A program made the position numbers and the translations under genes. Positions 52,671-64,000 of a stretch of 64,000 nucleotides of DNA are shown one piece after another. How positions within the stretch are numbered: position 1 is the stretch's first letter; every line of letters starts with the position of its first letter. The notes beneath the pieces were generated by a model. The model had not been told where the DNA came from. It saw nothing but the letters and a program-made list of their open reading frames with translations, and did not search any database. Location of the stretch: assembly GCF_009914755.1 (NCBI RefSeq), contig NC_060930.1. The stretch is one strand, 5' to 3'. This DNA comes from the human T2T-CHM13v2.0 reference genome, Homo sapiens.

Positions 52671-53114
52671 TGTGGTGGATTGCAAAAAAATGGTTCCAAG
52701 TTCCTCTTATCACTCATTTTACACTCCTCTGAAAAATGACTTTTCTATTCTTCCCATCTGGAGGTGGAGTATATCTTGCCTCTTGTTTGAATTCAGATTG
52801 GCCTTGGGACTTACTTTGACCAATAAAATATGGCAGAAGGGACAATGTGGGAGTTTTGAGCCTAGGCCTGAGACTGCCATGTGAAGAGACTGGGGTTAGT
52901 CTCTGTGAGGATGAGACACCTATAGGCAGCACCATCAACCACTGGGCATATGAATGAGAACATTGTGCTGAGTGCTGCCCCATAAGTGAACTCAAGTGAG
53001 ACCAGCAGAATGGCACGATGAGCTCAGCCAAAATTGATGACCCACATAATCATGAAATAATAAATGATTGTTTCAGCCACTATTTCTATTAGTGAGTAAT
53101 AGAAAATTGACATA
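52671..53114 (+). mobile_element. MLT1H-like solo LTR
   Basis: tgtggtggattgcaaaaaaatgg...cttactttgaccaataaaatatggcagaag...aatcatgaaataataaatgattg. Confidence 0.8.
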
Positions 53115-53214
53115 TGAGTGCTGCTTCTACCTCCTAATTGGTGAAGATGATGGTCATTCAAAGGATATTATTATGTGACCCTACTGAGAGATTATCATAC
53201 GCAAAACAATCAAA

Positions 53215-53385
53215 ACCTTACATACATGATATCATTTAATCAGTTCAGCCATCCTAAGAAGTGATATATTTAAAATCGCCATTGTATTGATGAGAAAATT
53301 AGGTTAAGTAACTTTCCACAGTCACACAGCTAGTAAGTGTTGAAGTATATACACTCTGGAATAAACACTCTTAACCACGAAGCTG
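53215..53385 (-). mobile_element. MIR fragment
   Basis: gatgagaaaattaggttaagtaactttccacagtcacacagctagtaagtg. Confidence 0.75.
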
Positions 53386-53486
53386 TTGAGTTTGAAGGAA
53401 AGAGGCCGTAGTGCAGCGTGTTATGTGGAAGGAGATGGAGTGAGTTATAGGGGCATAGTTATGAAGCTGATGGACTAAAGGAGTAC

Positions 53487-54430
53487 TGTAGGCAGAATAA
53501 TGCCCCTCCAGAGTTGTCTATGTCCTAATCTCTGAAACCTGTGCCAATGTTCTATTACATGGCAGAGGAGAATTAAGATTACAGATGGAATTAGATTACT
53601 GTATTAGTTTCCTGTGGCTACTATTAGAAGTTACTATAAACTTGGTTCCTGGAAACAAGAGAAATGTATTGTTTCACTGTTTTGGAGGCTAAAACTCTGA
53701 AATCGGTTTCACTGGGCTGAACCAAGATATCAGCAGTCCTGTCCTTCCTCTGAAGGCACTATGGGAGAATCTGTTCTTTGCTTCTTACAGCTTCTGGTTG
53801 TTGCCAGCATTTGATGGCTTGTGACTGCATCACTTCAATCTCTGCCTCTGTGATCATATTGCCTTCTCATTTTCTGTGCATATAATCTCTTGGCTCCCTT
53901 TCATAAGGACACTTGTGATTACATTTACGGCCCACTCATAATCCAGGATAATCTCCTCATTTAAGATCCTTAATTTAATCACAACTACAAAAAGTCCTTT
54001 TCTTTCCACATAAGGTAATATTTACAGGTTTCAAGGATGAGGATGTAGATAGGCTTGGGGACGTCATTATTTAGCCCACCATCATTGCAAACTAACATTA
54101 AACTGGGGAGAGTATCCTGAATTATGCAGATGTGCTCAATGTAATCACAAGTGTCCTTAAAAATGAAAGTAGAAGGAAGAAGAGAGTGTAAGGGGGATGT
54201 GACTACAGAAGAAAGGCATAGAGAGATAAAACATGACTGATGCTGAAGATGGAGGAAAGGGCCATGAACCAAGAAAGGCAGGCAGCCTCTACCTGGAAAA
54301 TGCAAAGAAATAGATTTCCCTAGAGCCTCCAGAAAGAAATGCAGCCCTGCATTTATTTTAGCCCGTTGAGACTTATATTGGACTTCTAACTTAACAAACT
54401 GTAAGATAGTAAATTCGTGTGATTTGTTAG
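53487..54430 (+). mobile_element. MLT1D solo LTR split by an inverted MLT1C
   Basis: tgtaggcagaataatgcccctcc...cagatggaatta | ...tgaagatggaggaaagggccatgaaccaag...ccctagagcctccagaaag. Confidence 0.9.
53600..54083 (-). mobile_element. MLT1C solo LTR (nested, opposite strand)
   Basis: tgtattagtttcctgtggct...ttatttagcccaccatc; TSD attac/attgc. Confidence 0.9.
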
Positions 54431-54489
54431 AAAGAGGAAGTCAAAATGCTCTGTTTTAAAGCTAACCTTTGTTGGACATTGGCTTTCCA

Positions 54490-54690
54490 TCAATTCCTGT
54501 ACTAATTTCTTTATACATATTATTTCATATAATTTTCAGAAAAATAACAAAACAATAAACTATTTCAAGTATTGTCTCTGCTTAATAGCTATGAGTATTG
54601 ACTTAGCTGCCTAAAGATACACAGTTCATACTAGAGTCAGGATTAGACACAGGTGATCTGACCTCTGAGCCATCATTCTCTTAAGCCCCA
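54490..54690 (-). mobile_element. MIR fragment
   Basis: gacttagctgcctaaagatacacag...agagtcaggattagacacaggtgatctgacctctgagcc. Confidence 0.6.
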
Positions 54691-55399
54691 TCAGTCATAA
54701 GAGAGATAGTGTGTATAATCTTAAGTTATTTATCTAGAAGTACTCATTTGAATGTGTTCTTTTTAACCAAGGGTCAAGAGAAGCCTGAAGGGAGACATCC
54801 CTGTTTATGGTAAGTTCTACCACAGCTAGAAATAAGAGTTCTTGGAATAGATTCTGTAAATTTCTTATACCCTTTGAACTAATGATGATAGATCTAGTTT
54901 TCTTCTGTATTTTCTTTTTTCTGCCAATAGCACTGAGGAAAAAAAGAATTGAGTAGAAGAAACAATCAGAAAGGTAGATATGATGGAAAGGAGGTTTATT
55001 TTTAAGTTTGTATTAACTCAAATTAACCTTAGTTCCTCCTGAAATTTTTCAACTATTCTTTAGAAATAAGTTCAAGCATCTGGAGGTTTCTTGATTCTAA
55101 TCTGTGCTTTCTTATCAATACATAACTAATGTCCATCAAATGCCAATACGCCTGGAGAAGTAAGCTCTAAGAAATGAATTTAATTTTCAGTGAAGTGCCA
55201 CTTATTTGGCATTTTAGTTATGAATCTGCCTGCTTTGTTCTGCACCATAACTGGGTTTTGTCCAACCACTTTTAATTACGAGGTTATGCCTGGGTCCTTG
55301 TTTCCTTTGATATAAACTTTTCAGACCCAAGCTCTGGGTCTCATTTTTTCTGAGCTATGGCTTCAATACTAGGAATCCCTGAGGCCTGATGTTGGTTGG

Positions 55400-55570
55400 A
55401 CACTGACTCCAATTATTTTCTGTGCAAATTACTTGACCCTTCAGCTTTGATTCTCCCTTTCACAAACTGAGGATATAATCACTCTTCTCTTATCTCCCAA
55501 GGCTCCTAAGGGAAACATTAAAGAGTTCTGAATATGAAAAACACTATATACCTGTGAAGGAGTGTTATGA
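55400..55570 (+). mobile_element. MIR fragment
   Basis: gtgcaaattacttgacccttcagctttgattctcccttt...ggatataatc. Confidence 0.5.
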
Positions 55571-56409
55571 GCTCATCATTTTCCATCCAATTTCCAGATA
55601 ATATCAGGTGCAACAGTCCCCAGGGAAGCTAGTTAAGACACAGCAATCCTTGGCCAAGTCTGTGGTCTCCCTTGCTGCTTCTGAGGTGCCCTGCAACAGA
55701 CAGTAAGCAGCAACCCATTCCCTGCTACAGAATTTTTTTTCATGGCTGTTTGCAAGTGAGATCCTAGCAGAATTGCTGAGCACTTGTTAAACTTTTCCCT
55801 TCACTTAATCTACTGGAAAAGAACCTTGCTGCATACATTTGTACACATCACCGCCCCAGAGGAGCTCTGTGAAAGTGCACTCCTGTTCCTCTGGACTGCT
55901 TGGAGAAGAGAAAAGTAAGTAGTTTTCAGTGCAGTCTGAGAGTTCAGCTGGAGAACAGATATTTTTAGGATTAAAGTAAACTGGTGTTATAATTAAAGTG
56001 CTTAAGACACTCTCAAACTGAACATCATTTTTGCTCTCCTTGCTGTAGATAAGGATATCATCAGACTCTACACGTCCTCTCCTAATGCAGTTGGCCTAAT
56101 CAATTCAAGGCAAAGTGACAGCAAAGCATTTTATGGACCTTTTTCTTTCTATCTGTTTTCCAGGAGAGAGAGGCTGAGTATGGACAAGTGAACATTTATT
56201 TATTTTCCTAGGTTCTGAATCCCATTCCACAGCAGTTGGCTTGGATACCTCTAAGTAGCTCCTGTTCCTCTGACTTTGCCTTCATTTACTCCCCTTATTC
56301 CTGAAACCTCTTTTTGTCATTTTCAGGGGTGAAAACTTCAGGAGTGCTTCTTTTAAGTTGCTGAATGGAAGGGATTATGCCATTGACTCATCGGGCCCTT
56401 GGAATAAGA

Positions 56410-56552
56410 GAGGACCTTAGTTTACAGAGGAGAGAATTGAGGCCCAGAGCTATTCAGTAACGTATTACAAGTCACAAATCCGATTTGAAACAGATCTGGC
56501 ACCAGAGCCTGGGTCTCTGACTTCCATTCTGGGGTTCTATCCATTACATGCC
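56410..56552 (-). mobile_element. MIR3/MIRc fragment
   Basis: tttacagaggagagaattgaggcccagag...gggtctctgacttccattctgg. Confidence 0.7.
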
Positions 56553-56979
56553 CAGTAATAATCCCTGCACCTTGGACCCATATGGGACACAACCCACAGG
56601 CTTTACCTTTAGGGATGTGAAGGCCAAGGCTTTCCTTCACCTTCTGCTTTTGTGCAAGTACAAATCAGGAGCATTTCTGTATTTTCCCTTTGGCTGTGGG
56701 TGGTCCTGGTGTCTCTTGAGAAAGATGGAAGAGGCTAGCCTGAGGTTTCTTAGCAAAATATTAAGTCAGAATTTTTCACTTTCCATTGTAACCCTCATTT
56801 TCCATGCTGGGGCAGCCCAGAGGTAGAACAGGGTCATCATAACAGTTATAAAACCAGTATCTTTCTGACTCTAGCCGATCCACTTTTGGGAATTCCAGCC
56901 CCTTCAAATACTTCCCAGGTTGTTTCACGGGTTCTCAGAAGTTGTTTCCCAAAAGCTCTGAGCACTAATTTTTATAATT

Positions 56980-57154
56980 TACAGTCTTTAAGTCTCAATG
57001 ATTATTGTAATCTCCTGCGAGCTATCTAAAAATCAGATTTTACAATACTACCCCAAGAAAACTTGAATTGGCAGGTGTGGGATTTGGCCTAGAAATATGT
57101 ATGTCTGTAACTTCTCACATTGATTTCAGTATTAGACAGGTCTGTGAACCCCTG
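56980..57154. mobile_element. MER5A/B-like MITE
   Basis: aatctcctgcgagct...gtgggatttggcctagaaatatgtatg...tgtgaacccctg. Confidence 0.65.
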
Positions 57155-57169
57155 TTCTATTTCCACAGG

Positions 57170-58640
<1,471 letters not shown>

Positions 58641-60018
58641 AGTCAATAATTTTCTTCCTCTCCAGTTCCGCCTTACTGAGACAATGTGTCCTGTGACTGC
58701 TAATCCCCACAACTGTGACTCACTGCCAAAATCTCAAAGGCACCAGTAATGCCACAGCTGCCTCTAAGGCAGGAAGCACTAGGACACTGCCAAGGCCGGT
58801 GCTGCTGCCACTGTTCTCACCAGTTCTGTGAGAGCACCAAAGCAATCCATCCTTCAGCTCTTTGATGCCCAGCAGGCATGAAAATAATCTCTTTTTTAGG
58901 TTTCAATATGTAACTTATTGGAGAATTCTTAAAAGATTTAGGTAGGTATCTGGAAGCCAGTCAGAGTAAATGATATATTCTAGTCCATGAAATGAATACA
59001 TATATTTCAAGTATAATTTGGTTCTGAATCCTAGCATAAACACAGCTTAGATTCAAGCAGAGATACTAGTTACATTGAAAAAAAACATGAAACTATAAAG
59101 CAATTATTTTTTAACATTAGGAGGGAGTTCTTGCAATCATGGAAGAATCTGAGCTATAGCATCCCAGAAGTTTGGTTTCAGATCCCATCCTAGCGAGAGA
59201 GAGAAAGCTCACAGAGGGAGACAGCATAGTTTTCATTCTCTTCCCGGTTACTCTTGACAAGAGTAGGGGAAGCCTCTGTTACGTGCTATTTAAGGTGTTG
59301 GAAAGAAGGAAGCAATTTATTAATAGTTCAACAATGCCTATTCCATTACTGTAATTTATTACTGAAATATATGCTATAGTAATGTGCAGCCCACACACAT
59401 ATGACTTGTTAAAGAGTGGCTGCTTCTCCAGTTTTGCTCATTCTGAGTACCCATCTTGATTTTAATAGTCCAGCAGGGCCCAGGTGCAGAATCTCTAATT
59501 TACAAAACCTGAGAATTTCCTGCAGAGGACTAAGGAATGACTGAGCCCTCATTCTATAATAAGAACAATACTTTTTGTACTTAAGTTTGTAGAAACAATA
59601 TTATATACACAGGATTCTTACATCCTACTCCAGATAGTCGCAAAGTAGCAAGTAATAAAAGTTCATCGGCATGATATGGGACAGTTTGGTTGTTGGTGTG
59701 GCTGGATCCTCTTATATTTGCCCCTCGCAGTCCCCATATTAAAGGCTCTTGACCCAGTAAGGTTTATTTCTGGTTTTAGAGTTCTTCTTATTAATTCCCA
59801 GCAAGTCTAAAGCTTTTTATGGTAACCCCAGGAGGGGCATGTTGCTGCAATTCTACCTACACAACTTGAATACTTTTTGTTTGAAGTCTTTCTAGTGGCC
59901 ATGTTTTCTCAGGTATCAGCTTTTTGTTGGGTTCTTTGGAAACTTCGAGGAAAGAAGGGATTACACTATCTGTCACTCTGATAAGAAGGTTTTCCCACTT
60001 GAAATAAGAATTAAACAT

Positions 60019-60292
60019 GGCTGGGTATGGTGGTTTATGCCTGTAATCCCAGCATTTTGAGAGATCAAGGCAGGAGGAGTGCTTGAAGTCAGGAGTTTGA
60101 GACTAGCCTGGGCAACGTAGCATACCCCATCTCTACAAAAAAAAAAAAAAGGTTTTAATTAGGCATGGTGGCATGTGCCTGTGGTCCTAGCTACTTGGGA
60201 GGTTAAGGAAGGAGGCTCCCTTGAGCCAAGGCTGTAGTGAGCCATGGTTGTGCCACTCCAGCTTGGATGATAGTGTGAGACCCTGTCTCAAA
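60019..60292 (+). mobile_element. AluJ with an internal deletion and almost no tail
   Basis: J-type cctgggcaacgtag, gaccctgtctc; long central A-run; no recognisable 3' TSD. Confidence 0.93.
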
Positions 60293-60796
60293 GCTATTTC
60301 ATGGGTCAGAGTATTAAGTATCTCTGAGGCAATAATAGTGCTTGATATTTCTATTTAATCATTCCATTTTTAATATCACAATGGCTTATATTATGACTGT
60401 TGCTGGCCAGAAATGGCAGATGGGTTGGGAAAAACTGACAATAGAGCCTATTCAAATAGCATGCTCTTGTTCTGCATTGGCATGGACAAACATTCATTTT
60501 TCCCTCTCCCTTTAGTATTTCATGTATTGATGAATAGCAGCACAATGGTCCACCTAGTGATTGCAGCCAGACTCCCATGCCTCTCTCCTGACCTCATTTT
60601 TTACATCACACTGGGATCAAATAGTCCTAATATCTCTTTAATTCACTCTCTCCTATCTCTGGCCAAAAATGCCCTACTTCAGACTTTTATTGTTTCCTAC
60701 TTGAATGATTTCAGCAGTCTCCTATCGGTCCTCTCTATGTCCAGTCTCATCCTGTGAAATCCATGCTAAGTGTTTCCACAAGAGAGCTCTTCAACC

Positions 60797-60819
60797 AAAA
60801 AAAAAAAAAAAAAAAAAAA
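60797..60819. repeat. Poly(A) mononucleotide run
   Basis: Directly visible. Confidence 0.95.
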
Positions 60820-60989
60820 ATCCTTCGTCTACTTCAAAACTTTCTAAGGTCACCTCAAAATACAACAAGATGCCTCTAATTGTGGGCTTTGGACCTTCTA
60901 CATCAGAATTACTGTTAAAGATGTACATTGCAGAATTTTGAATTTGCATTTAAAACATGCTTCCCACGTGATTAATATGCACTCAGATC

Positions 60990-61379
60990 AGTTAAGAAAA
61001 ACTTTAGACAAATTAAATTTAACAGAGTTTAATTGAGCAAAGAATGATTCACAGTTTGGACAGCCACCAAACCAGAATAGGTTCAGAGCGATTCCATCAG
61101 GGCCACGTGGTAGAAGAAGATTTCTGAACAGAAAAACAGAAAGTGATGTACGAAAGATGGAAGTGAGTTTCAGAAACAGCTGGATTGGTTACAGCTTGGC
61201 CTTTGCCTTATTTGAACATGGTTTGAACAGTAGACTATCTTTGGCTGAAAATCAGTGATTGACACAAGAGTAGATTATAGGCTGTTTACACATCCAGGTA
61301 GGTTACAGTTCCTTATGCAGGGAGAAACCTTTAGGCCACACTTAAAAGGAGGCAGCTTTAGGCTAAACTTAATTTAACA
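60990..61379 (-). mobile_element. MER57-family (ERV1) solo LTR
   Basis: aaaaactttagacaaattaaatttaacagag...aggaggcagctttaggctaaacttaatttaaca. Confidence 0.92.
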
Positions 61380-62126
61380 CAGTAATGGGCTTGAGGCCCA
61401 AGCTGGGCCAAGTAGAATTCTCCTTGAATCATTCCTCTCATTTCAGGAGAAAAATGAAGGAAAGAAAATAAAGATAGGATGCAGAACAATGCTGAAAGAA
61501 GCAGTAAAGAGAAGGCAAGAAAGAGAAAGACCCTGAAAGCATTGAAACCCTGGTTTCAGGCACCCATGAGTCTAGCAGTGCCTCTTATGCTCTCTCTAGA
61601 AAATGGTGTGTAGGGCTAACATCAGCAGGTTGCTTAACCTCTTAAATCCTTAGTGGCTTATAAAATCTGGTATGAACTGGCCCTCCATAGATCCTCAATT
61701 GACCTCATTTTGTGTAACCTACCTTCATGCTTACTATCCTGCAGCATATTAGACTCCTCTCAGCTCTGTAAAATCACCAAACTGGTGCCCACTTAAGGGT
61801 CTTTATACCAACCATTCCTGCTCTCTCACATGCTTCTCTCTCCACTGCCCCCTGGGACTTTCCTGGATGGCTTTTTATTTTTTTCTACTTAGAGCTAGGG
61901 TTACTTCTACAGAGGCCACCTGACCACTCAAAAATAACCACCCCATAATTATGTGTCACATCACCTTTTAAAATGTATTGCATACCATTTATAAAAATCT
62001 GATGATATTTATTAATTTATTGGTTAGTTTGTGTCTTATTTTCCCCACTTGACTGAGCTCCATGAAAACAGCTCCTGGCACAGGATAAACACTCAGTGGA
62101 TACTTATTGAATGACAGAAAAATAAT

Positions 62127-62310
62127 CACCACCACCACCACCACCACCAATATTTACTTGGGTTTATTATGTGCCAGACACTGTTATAGGCATCTTATTG
62201 GTTAACAAATTAAATCATTGCAATGGGCCTATATGAGATTAATACTTTTATTATCTCCATTTGACAGATGACGAATCTATGGTACAGGAAAGTTGAAACA
62301 CTCAAAGAAC
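62127..62310 (-). mobile_element. MIR with a (CAC)n tract at its tail
   Basis: caccaccac... then atttacttgggtttattatgtgccagacactg...ctccatttgacagatgacg. Confidence 0.75.
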
Positions 62311-62491
62311 AATGATTCCAGCAAAATAGGCACTTTTGTGTATTCCATGTGTTGATCAAGAAATAAGAAGATATGCAAATAAACAAGAGGAGGAAAGAGA
62401 GCTGGGGCATGCCTACTGCTCTGAATATTCAAAAAACAGGGATGAGGTGTAGTAAAAAGAAGCAAAGAGGAGAAAAGATGGAAATAGAGGC

Positions 62492-62871
62492 TGTATTGGT
62501 TTTCTAGGGGTGCCATAATAAAATACCACAGGTTGGGTGGCTTAAACAATTGAAATGCATATTCTCACAGTTCTAGAGGCTGGAAGTCCAGGTCTGGTTT
62601 CTTCAGAGGTTTCTCTCCTTGGCTTGCAGATGTCCTCCTTCTTGCTGGGTCCTCCCATGGTTGTTCCTCAGTCTGTATTGACTGTGTCTTAATCTTGTCT
62701 TCTTATAAGGACACCAGTCATATTGGATTAGGGCCCAAGCATAGGACCTCCTGTTACCTTAATTACATCTTTAAAGATCCTATCTCCAAATACAGTCAAA
62801 TTTATTTAGAGTTACTAGTGACTTCAACATATGAATTTTTTGGGGGACACAGTTCAATTCAACACATAACA
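62492..62871 (-). mobile_element. MLT1A0 solo LTR
   Basis: tgtattggttttctaggggtgccata...cttataaggacaccagtcatattggattagggccc...cataaca. Confidence 0.92.
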
Positions 62872-62952
62872 GAGAGGAAATAAGTAATGTGTAAAACTGA
62901 GTGGAAGTAAGTGAAATTAAGGGGATCAGGAAAGTTGTGGTGTAAAGCAGAA

Positions 62953-63004
62953 GGTATAGAAGAAATTATTGCATAGTTGGTATAGAAGAAATTATTGCAT
63001 AGTT
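62953..63004. repeat. Perfect 26-bp tandem duplication
   Basis: ggtatagaagaaattattgcatagtt x2. Confidence 0.95.
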
Positions 63005-63114
63005 AAATGGAAAACAAAGGTGAAAAATAGAAGCCAGCAAGGAAAGAAAATAAATCAATGTACTCACTGAGAAAAAGAAGACACATATGAATATTTGTAC
63101 AATGACAAAGATAG

Positions 63115-63774
63115 TGTAACTGCCCAGTGGGTTTACCTAGCCCACTACCTAGACAGAATTGCAATACAGAAAGAGTAATTCACTCAGAGCTGGCTGTGCA
63201 GGAGACAGGAGTTTTATTATTACTCAAATCAGTCTCCCCAAGCATTCAGGGATCAGAGTTTTTAAGGACAACTTGGTGAGTAGGGAGAAGCCAGTGAGCC
63301 AGGAGTACTGATTAGTTAGGTAGGAGATAAAATCATGGGAAGTTGAAGCTGTCCTCTTGCCCTGAGTCAGTTCCTGGGTGGAGGCCACAAGATCAGAAGA
63401 GCCAGTTTAGATGATCTGGGTGGTGCAAGCTGATCCATCAAGGAAAGGGATCTCAAGCACTGATCTCAGAAGCAGTTTAGGGAGAGTCAGAATCTAGTAG
63501 CCTCTAGCTGCATGACTCCTAAACCATAATTTCTAACTTGTGGCTAATTTGTTAGTCCTACAAAGGCAGTCTAGTCCCCAGGCAAGAAGGAGGTTTGTTT
63601 TAGAAACAGGCTGTTATTGTCTTTGTTTTAAACTATAAACTAAGTTCCTCCCAAAGTTAGTTCAGCCTACACCCAGGAAGGAACAAGGACAGCTTGGAGG
63701 TTAGAAGCAAGATGGAGCTAATTAGGTTAGATCTCTTTCACTGTCTCAGTCATAATTTTGTAAAGGTGGTTTCA
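63115..63774 (-). mobile_element. LTR8-family (ERV1) solo LTR
   Basis: tgtaactgcccagtgggtt...gttttattattactcaaatcagtctcccc...taaaggtggtttca; perfect 4-bp TSD atag. Confidence 0.95.
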
Positions 63775-64000
63775 ATAGAATACATAAAAGATTAACACAG
63801 GAAAAAAGAGACAGAAGAGGGACAATGCCATAAAAATGAACAGAGAAAAGGGGAAGAATTAAAAAAAATAGAAAACCAGCTTTACAACACATAGGATGTA
63901 TGCTGTATTTCATTTTTGTTTTGTTTTGGAAAATGTCCTATCATTTTGTAAGGTTGAATACTGAAGTGCATGATTTCTATGACTAAAGACTTCACTGACT

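Larger units (their letters stand above)
60560..62116 (+). mobile_element. L2a relic in two pieces (~60560-60870 and 61665-62116) with nested insertions
   Basis: ctctctcctatctc...gcagtctcctatcggtcctctct; later cccacttaagggtcttt...gagctccatgaaaacag...tacttattgaatga. Confidence 0.7.

Overview
AT-rich primate (probably hominoid) nuclear DNA. It has eight Alus (J, S and Y), a full THE1 provirus, many MaLR/ERVL/ERV1 LTRs, L1/L2/MIR relics and hAT-Charlie MITEs. By eye, half or more of the window is transposon-derived and heavily nested. I find no intact protein-coding gene, structural RNA gene, CpG island or CRISPR array, and most ORFs in the track are by-products of repeats or base composition. 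The main non-obvious signal is on the minus strand at ~46365-49335: an intronless, heavily decayed copy of a GIGYF2-like coding sequence, split by an MLT2 LTR. It keeps colinear remnants of the N-terminal 4EHP-binding motif, the RG-rich region, the DDX6-binding LPEW region, the GYF domain and the Glu/Arg coiled coil. A second signal is a ~160-bp probable orphan 3' transduction with a perfect target-site duplication at 35207-35410. Repeat family names and the GIGYF alignment come from remembered consensus/protein sequences and hand alignment, not from searches. Subfamily labels and the boundaries of old repeats are approximate.
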